Source of the DNA: Phoronis australis
Taxonomy: Eukaryota > Animalia > Phoronida
Assembly: GCA_002633005.1 (NCBI GenBank)
Contig: NMRA01000364.1
Coordinates: 57,075 to 121,074, forward strand
Direction of reading: 5' to 3'
Length of the DNA stretch: 64,000 bases
The position numbers and the translations under genes are program-made. The notes beneath the pieces are model-generated. The model saw only the letters and a program-made list of their open reading frames with translations. It searched no databases and was not told the DNA's origin. Shown here piece by piece: positions 51,232 through 64,000 of the stretch (position 1 is its first letter; each line of letters starts with the position of its first letter).

Positions 51232-52084
51232 TGTAAAGATCCTTGAGTGTCATGTGAACATTGCAAAACTCCACTGCAAAAAGAAGAAAACAGCTTGAGG
51301 TCAGCCACACAGTGTTTTTTTAAAAACTTGCTGAATTTGTTGTAATTTGCCAGAGGGTATGAGCAACACCAGATAGAAACTAGACAAAATATGGCACAGA
51401 CATTGAAAACTGGAAATTTTGTTGATTTTCCATGAGATTTGTGAAATTTTGAATATATTAATTGAGGAATAAAGATATGATTAAGGATTGGTTGCTGAAA
51501 ACTTGAAGTTAAAGGTTTTAAATGATACTCTAAAGGTACTTTGAACCATTATAGTTGATTTCTGTAAAAACCCATTAATAAAACATAAAAATAACCTTCA
51601 AAACAGGAACTTGTGCCTTGGTGATAGTCGCACAATGCAAACACTGAGTGTCACAGGTGGCTAAATCACTGTTAACAGCTTATTATTTAAAATGACTTCT
51701 TCTTATTAAAATGGCATTGGCAAAATTGAATTTCAGCCCCGAAAAGTGAGGGCCCTATATTAATATAGGTGGCCCCCTTCATCGGCTGCCTTCTGGCAGG
51801 GCCACCTATATTAATACGGTACCCACTGGAAGGCTCACGTTGAGCGAGGCTTCCTATATTAATATAGAGGGCCCCGCCGGAAGGTGACTGACGAGCGAGA
51901 ATTCACATGCAAAAATTCACGTCATTTCCAGCACTGTTGAAAAATGGTGAAATTTATCGGAGCCCCCATTTTGAAAACAACTTCCGGTTAAGTAGCACTC
52001 GATAATAGCTATCTACAAAAAATATCGAAGTAATTGGGCCCCGCAAACAGGGTGCCAAGAAACTTCAGAGAAACAAAGGAAAAC

Positions 52085-52760
52085 CGAAAAAAATGAAACT
52101 GCCACTAGGGGGTAACGCATCTGAAAGTTGTCAACGTCTGTCCTAAACTTGATAGGAATACACTTGCTAAATTTGATAAAGATCCTGCAGTGGATTTAGG
52201 ACATACAGCTACAGGTGCAAAAAGACCTGCCACTAGGAGGCGCCACAGTAGTCAGTTGTTATTGTCAACTGTCTTCTTCATACTGAGAACAGATATGCCA
52301 ATTTTCACAATCACCCAAAGAATGGTTTGGTTGATAGAAAAGCGGATGCCAAAAACTGATTAAAAAAACCACAAATGGCTACTAGGTGGTGCAAAAGGCC
52401 TCAAATACTTCCGAAAACAGACAGATAGCTTCATGTCACCAATAGATGCTTATATTCCAAATTTTATGAAAATCGGTTGAGGACACCTTTGAAGATACAA
52501 AAGTACACCCAAAAAAATAAAATTGCCACTAGGAGGCATACCAGTACACTCATCCATCTGAAAGTCGTCAATGTCTGTTAGTGAAGATGACCTGTAGAGT
52601 GTTTAGGAGATACAAAAATGGGAAGAAAAAACTGCCACTAGGAGGCACCACAGTAGCAAGAGTAATTGGAAAATCATCGTCAGCCTTTCTCTTCACAGGA
52701 AGAACATACATGTCTACTTTCACTTGGTTGATAGAGGGGCGGATGCTAAAAAGCGTAAAA
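52085..52760 (+). repeat. Diverged satellite-like array of the same family as the HINE core at 41193-41520
   Basis: Recurrent tgccactagg(a/g)ggc, ttggttgatagagggg and tttcatgaaaatc..ttgaagatacaaa shared with 41203-41420. Confidence 0.7.
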
Positions 52761-55329
52761 GTACGAGCATTTAACTGCTTCAGGGCTTGGGTGACCTACA
52801 AACCAAAGCACAAGTGAAGTGATAACTAAAACATGAACAATATTTTTAAGAGTTCACCTTGCATTAATATCTAGCAAAGCTTGGTCATGTGACTGATACC
52901 ACTTTTTCCTGGGGATGTACCTTTCTTTGAAGCTAAATTTTAATAAAATTGATATGGTCATGTCACCCAAAGAATAAAAGGTATCAAGTCATTAAGCCAA
53001 ACACCAAATTCCACAGCCTTATTTCAGACACTTTATACTTTTACTTGGTTAAAGTTTTAAGATATTTGGCTACAATGCGAGAGAATTTCCCTCATACTGT
53101 TGAAAAATATGAAAACATGAATTTTGCATAAAAAGTGAAATGTTTAATATTCAATGGCCCCAAAACACCTCACTTTCTCTACCAACAGTGTCATGGCCCT
53201 ACTTTCAAAAACCCCCAAAATCACAGTCACAGCTTTGGCCTAGGATAAGCACTAATGCGAGAATAAATGCACCTAGACCACTGTTTGACAAAAACTTGCC
53301 CCTGAGCCAATGTGGCTTTGAAGCATGACAAGCGAAACCAATGCAACACTTTGGTGGAGCATGTCATCCAGAAGTTTGTGGTGATCTGAGAGTGATAAAG
53401 AAATAGTATGCCATTATACCTTAGTTTTCATAAACTGATTAAATCGTTGAATTTCTAATGTAATTCTCAGTTCTCACTAACTTTGCGAGACTTTTTCACA
53501 ATCAACATTACTGCTATGTTACTTTCACAATTTCTGTCACATTTCAACAAACTATTTTTAATAAAGCCTTGAGTTAAGGACACCCTTGATCAAACAGACA
53601 ATATGCATGGTGATATCAATAAATAAAGTGTAGCAGGTGGTCTTGTTTCTTGTTGTGGTTCAATGCACAATTTTGCTGACTCTCAAGACAAACTGAACTT
53701 TTCAGTGAATTTAGGGATGGGAAAAACTACATGAGGAATATGTAGAACTAGTAGCATGTTCAATCCACCCAACAATGTATAGTTAACACTTACGTTTCAT
53801 CACCTACGGCTATGCTACTAAGCCTTGTAAGTTGTCATTTCTGTAGTTATTCCATTAGATTCATTAGAAAGCAGTCATCAGAAATCTTGAATAACTCTAC
53901 GTCAAGTTGTAGGGAAAAACAAATGGCCATAGCCATAATAACTTGTGAAATGATCTATCCACAGAAAAAATCAGAAAAACCCCTCCAGAAGCAACAGCCC
54001 GGAGCTATGGCTCTGCAAAACAAAATAGTGAAGACTGGCACCAACAATGCTATCTGATTGTTTTCTTGTTTCTGGCATCACTGCACTGGTGGTTAAATGT
54101 TCAGGCCAACTAAACCCAGTTGTAACTTTTTCTAAAGCATTAGCTATCAAGTAACCGTTACCATTCAAACCGACAGTTACAACTTTTGTAACTCTAGTTA
54201 GTGGTTTTAGTCGCTAGAGGTCAGTGCTATCACTTTGCAATTCACTCCAGTTAGTGCTTCTGTGCACATTGTTTCCAACAACAATTGACAGCAGCACCAT
54301 CTAGTGAGTTGCAACGGTTATAACCTCCCATTAAACCGCCATCACAGAAGGTTTTAACTAAGCCACAGATACAACTTTTAAAACCATTTTTAAGTATTCA
54401 GATAGAACCTTTGGCTGATGCAATGGCTAATAAAGCAAAACATAGTGTGTCTCTTCCCCATAAAATTGATCGATTAGAAAAGTTCAACCAAATGTGCCAT
54501 TTCTAATTCATGAACCCACAGTAAAACTATGTCACCAGTGGTGCTGCGGCCTTTGTGCATGGAATAGACCTTTTGCATAATAAAAGCAAGGTAAATTTTG
54601 GTCTTGACGCCATGGTGTCTGTTAACCTGTTGCTCAGTCATTTGGGCTTGCACGGGGTAACTAGTTCCCATACTGGCTTAGAATTTTTTGTAAATTATAG
54701 GTTCCTTTCACAAAATAGGCATTTTGAAATGGGCATACTAGGTGAGTGAAAGCAGTTCTTTGCGAACCCTGCTCTCAAGTTGCGTTTACAAGGGAGACAA
54801 CTGTCACGGAGCAACTAACACCGAACAGCTGATTGGACACAAGTGTGTGTGTAAACACGACTGACAAAGAGCAAGTTGACATTGCGGCAGTCATTTTTGA
54901 TACCGGTTTGAGGGGTAGAGTCAGTTGCACTTGATCAGTTATGAACTATATGTCCAAACACACCTGGGACATGGGGGAAAGAGATCATCTTACAATGAGC
55001 TTGCGCAATAGCATATGTATGGGTGATCTGCAGGCATTCCGCATCATTTGGACATTCGCTATTGTTTATGCGAGCATGTGCAGACAGTTTTTGTGTAAAT
55101 GACTCACGCTGTTCTAGTTTGAGATCTAATGTCATGAAAATGCAACTTAAGGGAAGCAAATTCCACTTTGACAACTGTTCCTATTGTAAAAAAAACAGCT
55201 TAAGTATACAACTGCTCCAGTTTTTTTACTTCGCCAAGCTCTCCTGCAGTTTGTGACTTGTAAACAATTGAAAGGTCAGCAATTGAAATCTAACCACAAA
55301 CCAGGCACATTGCAAACAAATGAATATAG

Positions 55330-55482
55330 TCAAACCATGTCATAGCCTTATTTACAGCGTTCTTCAGAACAAGTCTGACTTTGTCCATAGAATAGTCACA
55401 GTGTACAAGTGTATTGTCATCTGCGTAATTGTAACGCTTGCACTTGCCTTCAAGTATATAGAAAAAATCATTTATGAAAACT
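55330..55482 (-). mobile_element. CR1/L2-type LINE RT fragment (downstream half)
   Basis: VFINDFFYILEGKCKRYNYADDNTL...KAMTWF, a YADD catalytic motif typical of APE-type LINEs. Confidence 0.7.
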
Positions 55483-55602
55483 GTAACAGGAATGACGGAT
55501 ATGTTTTCGACAATTTGTATTGCTATATACAAAATCAGCGTTCAGGATGGGCATCATGAAATTATCAAAAAATACAGGAAAAACGACCAGAATCTATTAA
55601 TT

Positions 55603-58470
55603 GGCTTCATCGATCCTTGTCTCCCATGGCACTGTTAGTTCTATTATGGCCAATTCTTTTAAGCTGTCTGATCATAAAACTATCAGGCTTCATTGCTGTC
55701 ACTGCTATGTGTGTTGGAAAAATTGCTTGATTTCCCAGATCTACTGTCATCTTCCAGTCCCTTGAATTGCGGAATAAACCCTGGTGGTGATTTCCTCCTC
55801 CACTGCTGCTCTTTTTCCCCACTCTCCTATCGATATCCAGGATATGTGACAGGGCCTTCAACACCTGGGTATGCCGCCAAGTATACTTTCCCTCTGCTAC
55901 TGTGCACGCTGATAGTATGTGCTATAAAGTTCCTGGTTCCCTGCACCTATCACATCTATCGTCTTCAGATTTCCCCCACAGACTCAAGTTCCTCGGTGTG
56001 GGAAGTTGATCGTACGCTACTCTAAGCACAAAGCTGAGTCTCTGACTTTATGATGACAACAGATCCTTTGAAGTGATTTTCTTTCTCAAACAGCCATCCC
56101 ACGTCGTCCATTCGCCCTGCTTCTTTAAGCCCACCACTATAGCACCTCTCCTCTCTTCTTCAGCAATGCGTATCTCCTGAAGCACCATATCTCCTTTCCT
56201 TTTGTTGTCTTCCACCTCTTAGTTGGTATGAAGCCTAGCCCTTGCCTACCCACGCACACTGTTCCGACTATGTCCTTGTGCCGCAGTCTGCTCTCTGCCT
56301 CTGCCACTGCTGCTTCCCACTTTGTACCTGCCGTGATCTCAACTCTAGCACTTCTCACCAAACTATCCTTAGAGTCCCTCAACGTCATCCAGGCTCTAGC
56401 TTTCCCCACCTTGAACTCCTCTACCAGCGACCTTGTTGGTAAGGCGACTGCTGCTGACTTGCTGTATAGACCCACACTTGTAAAGGTTGGTGGTACTCCC
56501 AACCATTTCCACAAGGCTATGCCGACTTTCATCTCCATCAATTCCACGGTGGTCAGGGATATGTTGCAGATACTCAGAGGCCATGCAAGTTTCGGCTGCA
56601 ACCCAAATTGGTAACACCAGTCCTTATATCTTCCTGGAAGTCCAATGGCGTAGATCTTTTTCAGGTTCTCTGCCATCATATGCATGGTAGCCCGGCTATT
56701 CTTGGAATCCCTCAATGTGGTGTCATAATTCCTTCCTAGGTATTTCAATGGCTTCTTGTCCAGAGATGGAATGGACTCACCGTCAATGCTGAAAGTATCA
56801 TGATGGCTAACTTTCCCCTTTGTCATCACCAAACTCCTGGATTTGAAGACCTTGAACTTCATCCTTGCCCATCTCACCAAATCCGCCAACTTCTTCAGCA
56901 CCCATGGTGCTCTGCCTGTGAAGATGGTGGTAATTAGCAGGTCATACACAAATGCTTTGATCACTGGTAGTCTCGACCCTTGGAATAGTGGGCCTCTGCA
57001 TTCTTTACTGGCTTTTTGAATTAAGATGTTCATTTCCATCACGAATAATATTATTGATATGGTGCAGTCCGTCAAAATTCCCTTCTCATGCCTGCCAGTT
57101 TGTCGTGAAGTCCCCCACAGTAAATCTTATCCGTATGCGACGCGACATTATGGCAAAGAAAATCTTGCACTCTATGCAGAGAAGAGAAATTGGTCGAAAG
57201 TCCTCTATTGCCTTTGCCGCTGCTGTCTTTGGGATGAAACAACCCTCGCCCTTGCCCCATCCACATGGTAGTGTCCCGGCTTTCCAAATTGTCCTCAATA
57301 GCTTCCATAGTCTTCTCACCAAGAGCAGGCACTGCTTGTAGACTTTGTAGGACAAACCTGAAGGACCTGGTGCTGAGTTTGCACTTACCCTTCTAACCAC
57401 TTCCTGCACTTCAGATAGCTTTATCTCTCCCATTTCAAAGGCCATTTCCTGTGGATCCTCGATGGTCATCCAGTCGAATGGGGAAAGTTGTCCGTCGCGG
57501 TCTGAGTCGCTAGGCACCTTCTCCAGGTGACCTTTCTACATAGTAGCTGTTTCACAAAACCATACGGATTCTTAATGAACCTTTGTCTTTGCACCGCGTA
57601 ATCCTTGCGCCGCTTTCTTAGCCTCTTTGCTCGCCTCAGGTTGAACAGACGGTTTCTTAGTTCCTCTCGCAACACAAATAAGTCTTCCTTCTCCTGGTCG
57701 TAAGTACTCTTCTAGACCTGGGTGAGGTGTCTTAGTTCTGCCCGGATGTCACTTATTTCCCGTTGTCTTCGATTGGGCCCCGCTGGTTGCTCGTTGACTT
57801 CCCGCTTCTCAATCACTCCAAATTTATCCTTGCAAATGTTGTACACGATGTCTGTCATTGCTGACATCTTCCTATGAGCGGGCCCTTTCAATGCTACCTC
57901 GATCCAAAATGCTGTTCAGGTCCTGATTAAGTTGCCTCCACTTTGCTGTGTCCGCATTATTGGGCCAGTCTATCTTCTTTCTCCTCTCTGAGTTGGTCGG
58001 ATTCCTTTCCGTACTATGAATCTCAGATTGAGTGAGTTGGCCGTCCTCTGGATCAATCATGGGCTCCTGTTGAGACCCTACTTCAAATTCTGTCACCAGA
58101 CCTTCATCCTCTGTCTCCTCAGCTACTTGGCTCCCTCCAGTGTCATCTGTGTCAGTTTCCACGATAGCTCTGTTGGTATGCAGGCTGGCTGCGTACACTT
58201 CATCAGAATGAGATATGGGGTTAAAAACATCGTCTTCTAGTTCAGCTGCTTTATCTGTTGCAGGAAAGTATGCCCTTATCGTCCCTTGGACTGAGCTTCT
58301 CTGGATTCAGTAACACTGTGGCTTTGTACATGGCTCCTGTCTCCTACCGTCTTACTAGTGGAACTGCCTGTTCCTACTAAGCCTTGACGCTGTAAACACT
58401 TCATTTTACCCTAGTGTATTCTTACTCCTCTTGCATTCTTGCACACTTTCCCACAGACACTGCAAGTGTT
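55603..58470 (-). mobile_element. Degenerate Hero-like (R2-group, REL endonuclease) non-LTR retrotransposon
   Basis: N-terminal Zn finger CSVCGKVCKNARGVRIH*GKMKC; RT motifs SAPGPSG, EGCFIPK, FRPISLL, CTISIILF, AFVYDL (degenerate FMDD), KYLG; LPGRYK.WCYQ, HKDIVG..GRQGLG; C-terminal YTWRH, DWKMTVDL, KPD, IIELTVPWE. Multiple frameshifts and stops. Confidence 0.85.
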
Positions 58471-58570
58471 GATAGAGAATTGGGGCACACCTTTAGAGAC
58501 AGAGTGCCAATTGCTATAATCATTTTCAATTTTAACTCGCACTGAGTGCTCAGGCAAACAGGAGAGTAGA
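58471..58570 (-). mobile_element. CR1/L2-type LINE RT fragment (upstream half)
   Basis: RVKIENDYSNWHSVSKGVPQFSI resembles the RV.....S.W..V..GVPQGSI motif. Confidence 0.65.
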
Positions 58571-58718
58571 ACAGAACATGTTTTTTGAGAACAACCATAG
58601 CCATAGCCTACGCACCAAGTTTCGACACAAGTAGCAAGTAGGCAGTACAAGACATGGGGCTATACCATTCACTGACTTCGAAGACAAATTTAGTAACACA
58701 AAATTTCCACGAACTTAC

Positions 58719-59110
58719 CTTATCAGAACGGTTTTGTCGACTGTTTCTACCCACACCAAAAACGTTTCGCTTTGTACCTTAGCCCTACTTCTTACGTATT
58801 TTTCGTAGCCTACTTCACTTCCGCAAGTCTCAATTTTTATCGGTCAGTCATGTAATATCTAACTTCAGAAATGTAATGCAAGTTTAAAAATACTGAACAG
58901 CGACGTATTTATAATTTAATGATCATTGATGTCCAGTTATGATCACACGGTAGAATGTCAATTTATTAAACAATTTACCTGTGCGTACGACGTGAACTCA
59001 ATTCACCACAGCTCACTTTCTATATTTCAGCAAGTGGTTCTCACAATACTGATTTATTAAGTAATCGTGTAGAACCAGTTTGCTTCCAAGCCGAAGAACA
59101 GCGTTGCAAT
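58719..59110 (-). other. Candidate non-coding 5'-UTR exon(s) of the IGDB-like gene
   Basis: Two strong minus-strand donors (AG|gtaagt at 58718 and CAG|gtaaat at 58978); the first coding exon has an upstream acceptor that needs a partner donor. Confidence 0.4.
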
Positions 59111-62100
59111 GCGCTTAAAAATTTAATGCCTGTTTATTGACGGTGAATATTAAACACATATTACTTGGAAAAATATAACAATACCTTTCATACTGACTCA
59201 AAGTGCAAACTGTTTTATTACATTCTTTGTTAGTAGGGTTAAGTGCAGTTTTTAGGTTTCTGTTTGTTGAAAAATTCTTGCGCTTGCTAGAAACAGCGCC
59301 ATCTGTTGTAGTCAATTGACTGAGAAAATTTTTGTGGAGGTTTGTGTATTTTTATGTTATCAGGTTATTCTTTGAATTGATTCATTTACCATTGTTTAAG
59401 TTGTTTGAGTGTCAGTTACCTTAAAATTTCCTGCTTTTTCTGTCAATGTGTCATTATTCATGTTGTTGTATTCAAAGAGGACCAGTTCAATTAACGAGAG
59501 AGCCAAGGTCGTTCTGGCTGGCTTCTCTGAATATTCACTTCGTCTTCAGATGACTTCAGAAGTTCGTGTCAGGTCATATGGCTGCTAGTGCTAACTAAGC
59601 CGTAACGGCGTGTACGTTGTGTCGATAGTAATACGTAATATATGGGTCTTCATCATAAACTGATTAAAATGACCATTCAGGTGTGGATCCAGAAGTGATT
59701 AATACAAGCCCAAGAGTCCAGGGCCAGGACAGAAATCTGTTCATGTGAACACCTGTCAGATGATTCTGATAAATCTGCTAATACAATAGTCACTTAAAGT
59801 TCTGTTTTTGTTTCAAAAATGATGATATATGGATTTTCCAGCTCTATTATTGAATGATTACCACACCTGAACTTGTCGTTTTCTTGAAAATGAAAGAATG
59901 ATATGGTAGCTTTTCATTTTATTGTGTACTAAATGAGAGAATGCTTGTTCTCGCGGACGCACGTCCTCAAGAAAACTCATGTTCTTGTGAACATACTTTG
60001 GCCTGTAGGACTGCTTCATAGTAATTCACATCAAATATCGGTTGTGTGCGTATCCATGATTACAACTGTAGACACAACGTGCAGATCTTTTGTATGCCCC
60101 CATTATAGCAGTTAGAGAAGCTTTCATAGAATCTCACCAATTTCGGACAATAATAATTGCCAAAATTGATCTTTTTTTCATTTTTCATTTCTAAGGCTTC
60201 AAACATTGTTATGAATACCCACAATTTCTCAGAATTTTGTTTGATAGTTGCTAAGGTATAGATCTTTAAAGTGTAGCATTTATTTTGTGTTAACAGTTAA
60301 GAAAATACAATTGCATTTGTCAGCCATATTACATGTCCTAAATTGATGAGATTCTACTGTGAGCTCTTGCCCGCTCGTTTCAAAGATGTGATTGCACAGA
60401 AAATTAGAAATCCGACTCTTTCAAAGATATTTTACTCAATTACACTTTGGAATGAGTGGAGCACAGCTGGGAGTTTGAAGTTTATGATTTTTCTGCCATA
60501 CGACCAAAACACAATAACACATTCTGCGACATCGTCTGACTGTACATGGCCAATACTTGTGTTTGCTTTTGCCCGTAGCCTACCTCATTTGGTGTGTGTC
60601 AAAAATTTGTATAGCAAAGACATGCTTTAATATCAAAGTTGGTAATATTTCTTCAAGTGGAATTTTATTTTGCCATGGGTTTCGGAGAGAAGAATTTTAT
60701 GTTATTGTTATTGTTATTGTTATCTACTCTTGCCTGACTGGTGATGTTTCAAACATTTGGAATGCAAATAACATTTAAAATTTTGAAATTTCAATGCAAA
60801 AATAATTGCTGAAATTCTTTTTTTTTTCGTTTTTTTCATTTTTCAAAAGCTTCTAACATTGTTAATACCCATAATTTCTTTGAAACATTGTCGGATGGTA
60901 CATATGATCGGAAATTAGGTGATAATACTTTGGGGCCACTTGTCTCTTAAAAGATTGAGAAAATAAAATTTCAGTTGTCTTGTAAATTGGTGAGATTATA
61001 CCAAATTGGAAAAACAAGTTGTGGCAATTGTTTTTGTGCTAATTGAAGAAACTACTACTTTACCGCTGTATTCCCTAAGTGTGGATCTTTGGTGACAAAA
61101 ACAGAATTTTTTCATCAATTAATTATGTAGAATTAGGGTGTTAGTGGTCTCTCACTCAGTTGCCTTCCCTTAATAACAGGCAAGAAATTGTAGTTGTCAA
61201 AATCTGAGTTCAGGGTCAGTGCTGGATTTTTTTCATTAAAGTTGTTTTATAACAAAATTTTAACAAGAATATTTTCCAACCTTGGTTTAAGAAAAGCTTT
61301 TATCGAACATCATTAATGTTTTTGTAGGCTCAATAAGATTGTATTGCGCTTTCAAATTAAAACTTGCAATTTTAACTCAAATTATCTTGTTCAGTATACA
61401 AGAATTTTTGCTTACCAGGTAGTCTGAATTTGCTCATTTTTTGTTTATGTTGTGTTTGTTATCTGCCATGAGCCCAGCTAAGGTTATTGGACCTTTGCCT
61501 GGTGAGAACTTCAGACTGGTCAGGTCAACAGACTCACAGGTCATGAGGAGGGCATCTGTCTTCTGTTCATTGACATCATCTTGAACTTTGGCCAGGAATG
61601 TCGTCATAAATTTATAGCATATTGCCACTGATGTCTGAGTGTTCTAATCTGAGTTTGTTGTCTGGGAGTTTATGTCATTGAATACAATAAACAGAATGTC
61701 TGGCCTCTGTCATTATCACATTTTTGGGATCTGAAAGCCGTCCATGAAAGTTGGTAATGATACAGCGTCACTAACTTAAGCCACAGTGTGGGTTTTTTTC
61801 CACGTTTTTCATAAAAGATAAGTAACTTCAAAAGTCCTGTACCATAACTAGTCTGGCAATGTTTCGAGAAATTGTGGGCTTTCGCTATGTTGAAGGCCTT
61901 TAATAAGTTAAAAATGTCAATTTGACAATTTTTTGGCGCAGAATTAGTAAAATTTTACTGTAATACAAAACCTAAACATATCTCCAAATCTTATTGGGAA
62001 GAGGCTTAACATTAATCTATGGCCTATTGCACAAGAATACCTCCCCCTATGTTCATTTGCAAACAATGATTGAGCAATCTGCCACCTTTGCCAAAGAGGT

Positions 62101-64000
62101 CAAAGTTGAAGGTTACTTTCCCTTTATTTGGGACAGTCACATAGACCATTTTGCTTATGTTGAGGGTGAACTCAGTTGACAAATTGGGTGCTGTTCTTGG
62201 TAAGTGCTAGCTGTTCTTACAGTTGTTACGGGACATGCATGAACTGTTCGTTTCCTCTCATTATGGTACTGCTGTGGTAGAACTAAGGGCTGGTATTGAT
62301 TTTTCCGTCTATTTGTGTGATGTTATTTTTATTAGCTGTCCACCGAAAGGGTTTGCATAAGATGTTTTCGTTGGTGTACGCGTATCTTTTTATTGTAGGG
62401 TGGTATTGCTTACATGTTCATGGTTATTTTATGTTAGATGTGGCTTGACATGTTTGTAACATATCGATTGGTCGCCTGCCATTTGAGTGGCAGGTGGATC
62501 TTCTGAATGTTTTTAAACTAATATTGGGTTTACATGTGTGGTGATAATGTTAACAGTGTCAATAGCTAAAACAGTTGTGAAAGTGCTAGTGCTTTAGTAA
62601 GACCAACGAGTTGTTTGTGTCGGAGACATTTTTGCAAGCAGTTTGTTTACTCACCACCCATATCGCTTTGAAGCAAAAACTGATTTCAAAAGCCCACACT
62701 CTATTGTCACCATGACAACAATACAGAGGCCTTTTTCCTTGAGCATGTATGTCCTTTGAAGTAAGCAGTCTGGCTGCAACAGTGCATGTGAAAACACGAG
62801 CAAAGCTGCAGCAATAGTGACCCTTGCGTTCACATTACTGTCGTTTTTGCTGCAATTGTTCTTTTGCAAATGCCAAAAACTGCTATTGCCAAAGACAGAC
62901 CGTTAACTGCTTCCAAGTTGGTTCTTTTTAAAAATAGCAGTGGGTCGATGTTCAGATGTTCAACGTGGAATGAAAAGTATTTTTGCTTCACTTAAATTTA
63001 GATGGTGATGGCGATATCTTGTTTGGTCAACTTCATCTCTGCTATGTACTACTTACTAGTAACTAGTTTATCTTATTATCAAAGGATTCTGTTGAATTAT
63101 TATGTTTTTTGTTTATTAACCTTGACAGCGCATGTTTACTAGTACTAAATCTCAATTTTATAGCCATGTTGATTGCAAATAAAGAAAATAAAAAATGAAT
63201 GAAAAAGTGGTATAATCTCACTGGTGTCAGACCAAAACAATTACCAAAAATGGTCCATTAAGCAAAGACTTCTAACACAATTATGAATGCGTACAACCTC
63301 TCAGCACATATTGTTTGATAGTAAGTTACTTAGTATGTATGGAAGTTACTGTGCGCTGATGGAAGCTTTTTATTTTGTGCTATTTATTTTTTATGAAATG
63401 ATAAAAAGCTTGCTTGTCTCGGACAAGTTGTCTGCCGTACTGTGTCTTGAATTGGTGAGATTTTCCTTATTTTCCAAATCCTCTCATAGTGACCAGTTAG
63501 TGAATGAAGCTGACCCTTTGGTGGCTTTGTTCTCATGCTTTGCCAAGCCATCAAAAGAACGGACTTATGATTTGAAATGTGTGGTGAACTAGTATAGGGA
63601 CTTGGAGCCAGTTTTATCAAAGTTTGTAAGTGCATTAATAGCTATGATGGCCATAGGCATGTTATTGCAAACACGACACTGTGGTGGCTGCGTGTGTTGC
63701 TAAATGCCATTCAAACACACAGATTTGCCCTAGAACAAGTAGTTGTTGGAACTACCTGTCACTAGGTTTGGGGGCTGTGTAGTGCAACCTGCCCCACTTG
63801 TGACAACCAACTCCATCTTATCAAGGTAGGGTAACTTGTTCTGGGGCAACTCGCACCAGGTCTAATCACTGTGCAGACTCAAACCTGGGGCAAGGCGGAA
63901 GTAATTATAGGTGTGAGACAAGTTTATTGTCAGCAACAACTTCGACCTTGCGCTGTGTGTGAACTCTCCGCTTATAGTGGAGCTAGTTATAGTTGTTCTA

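Noticed and set aside
56137-57075. 312-aa ORF as an active or domesticated reverse transcriptase
   Set aside because: The catalytic motif is degenerate, part of the RT core is deleted, and the flanks carry frameshifts and stops.
61434-63635. Short ORFs in the last 3 kb as coding exons
   Set aside because: No recognisable domains and no consistent splice-site and phase chain could be built.

Overview
AT-rich, intron-rich animal genomic DNA, not prokaryotic. The gene and repeat content suggests a marine invertebrate, probably a lophotrochozoan (inference). I assembled two convergent protein-coding genes by hand from GT-AG splice sites with consistent reading-frame phases. (1) A 7-exon SLC22-family (organic cation/anion transporter-like) MFS gene on + (1730-8264, 571 aa). 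(2) A 33-coding-exon single-pass receptor on - (51231 to 14162, 1632 aa) with architecture SP-Ig-[DB-FN3]x4-Ig-Ig-DB-FN3-FN3-TM-Tyr-motif tail, i.e. an Ig/FN3/DB-module (IGDB-like) protein. Its putative 5'-UTR intron holds a dead Hero-like (R2-group, REL endonuclease) non-LTR retrotransposon that appears nested inside an older CR1/L2-type RT fragment. Introns contain MITEs, Helentron/HINE-like elements carrying CTCF-like motifs, a palindromic element with a tRNA-derived segment, and minisatellites. Two local duplications sit at single-N joins and look like both haplotypes written side by side; one appears to capture a TE presence/absence polymorphism. Most ORFs in the supplied track are spurious. 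I found no convincing wholly new biological system; the best leads are the modular IGDB receptor and the TE-related structures.
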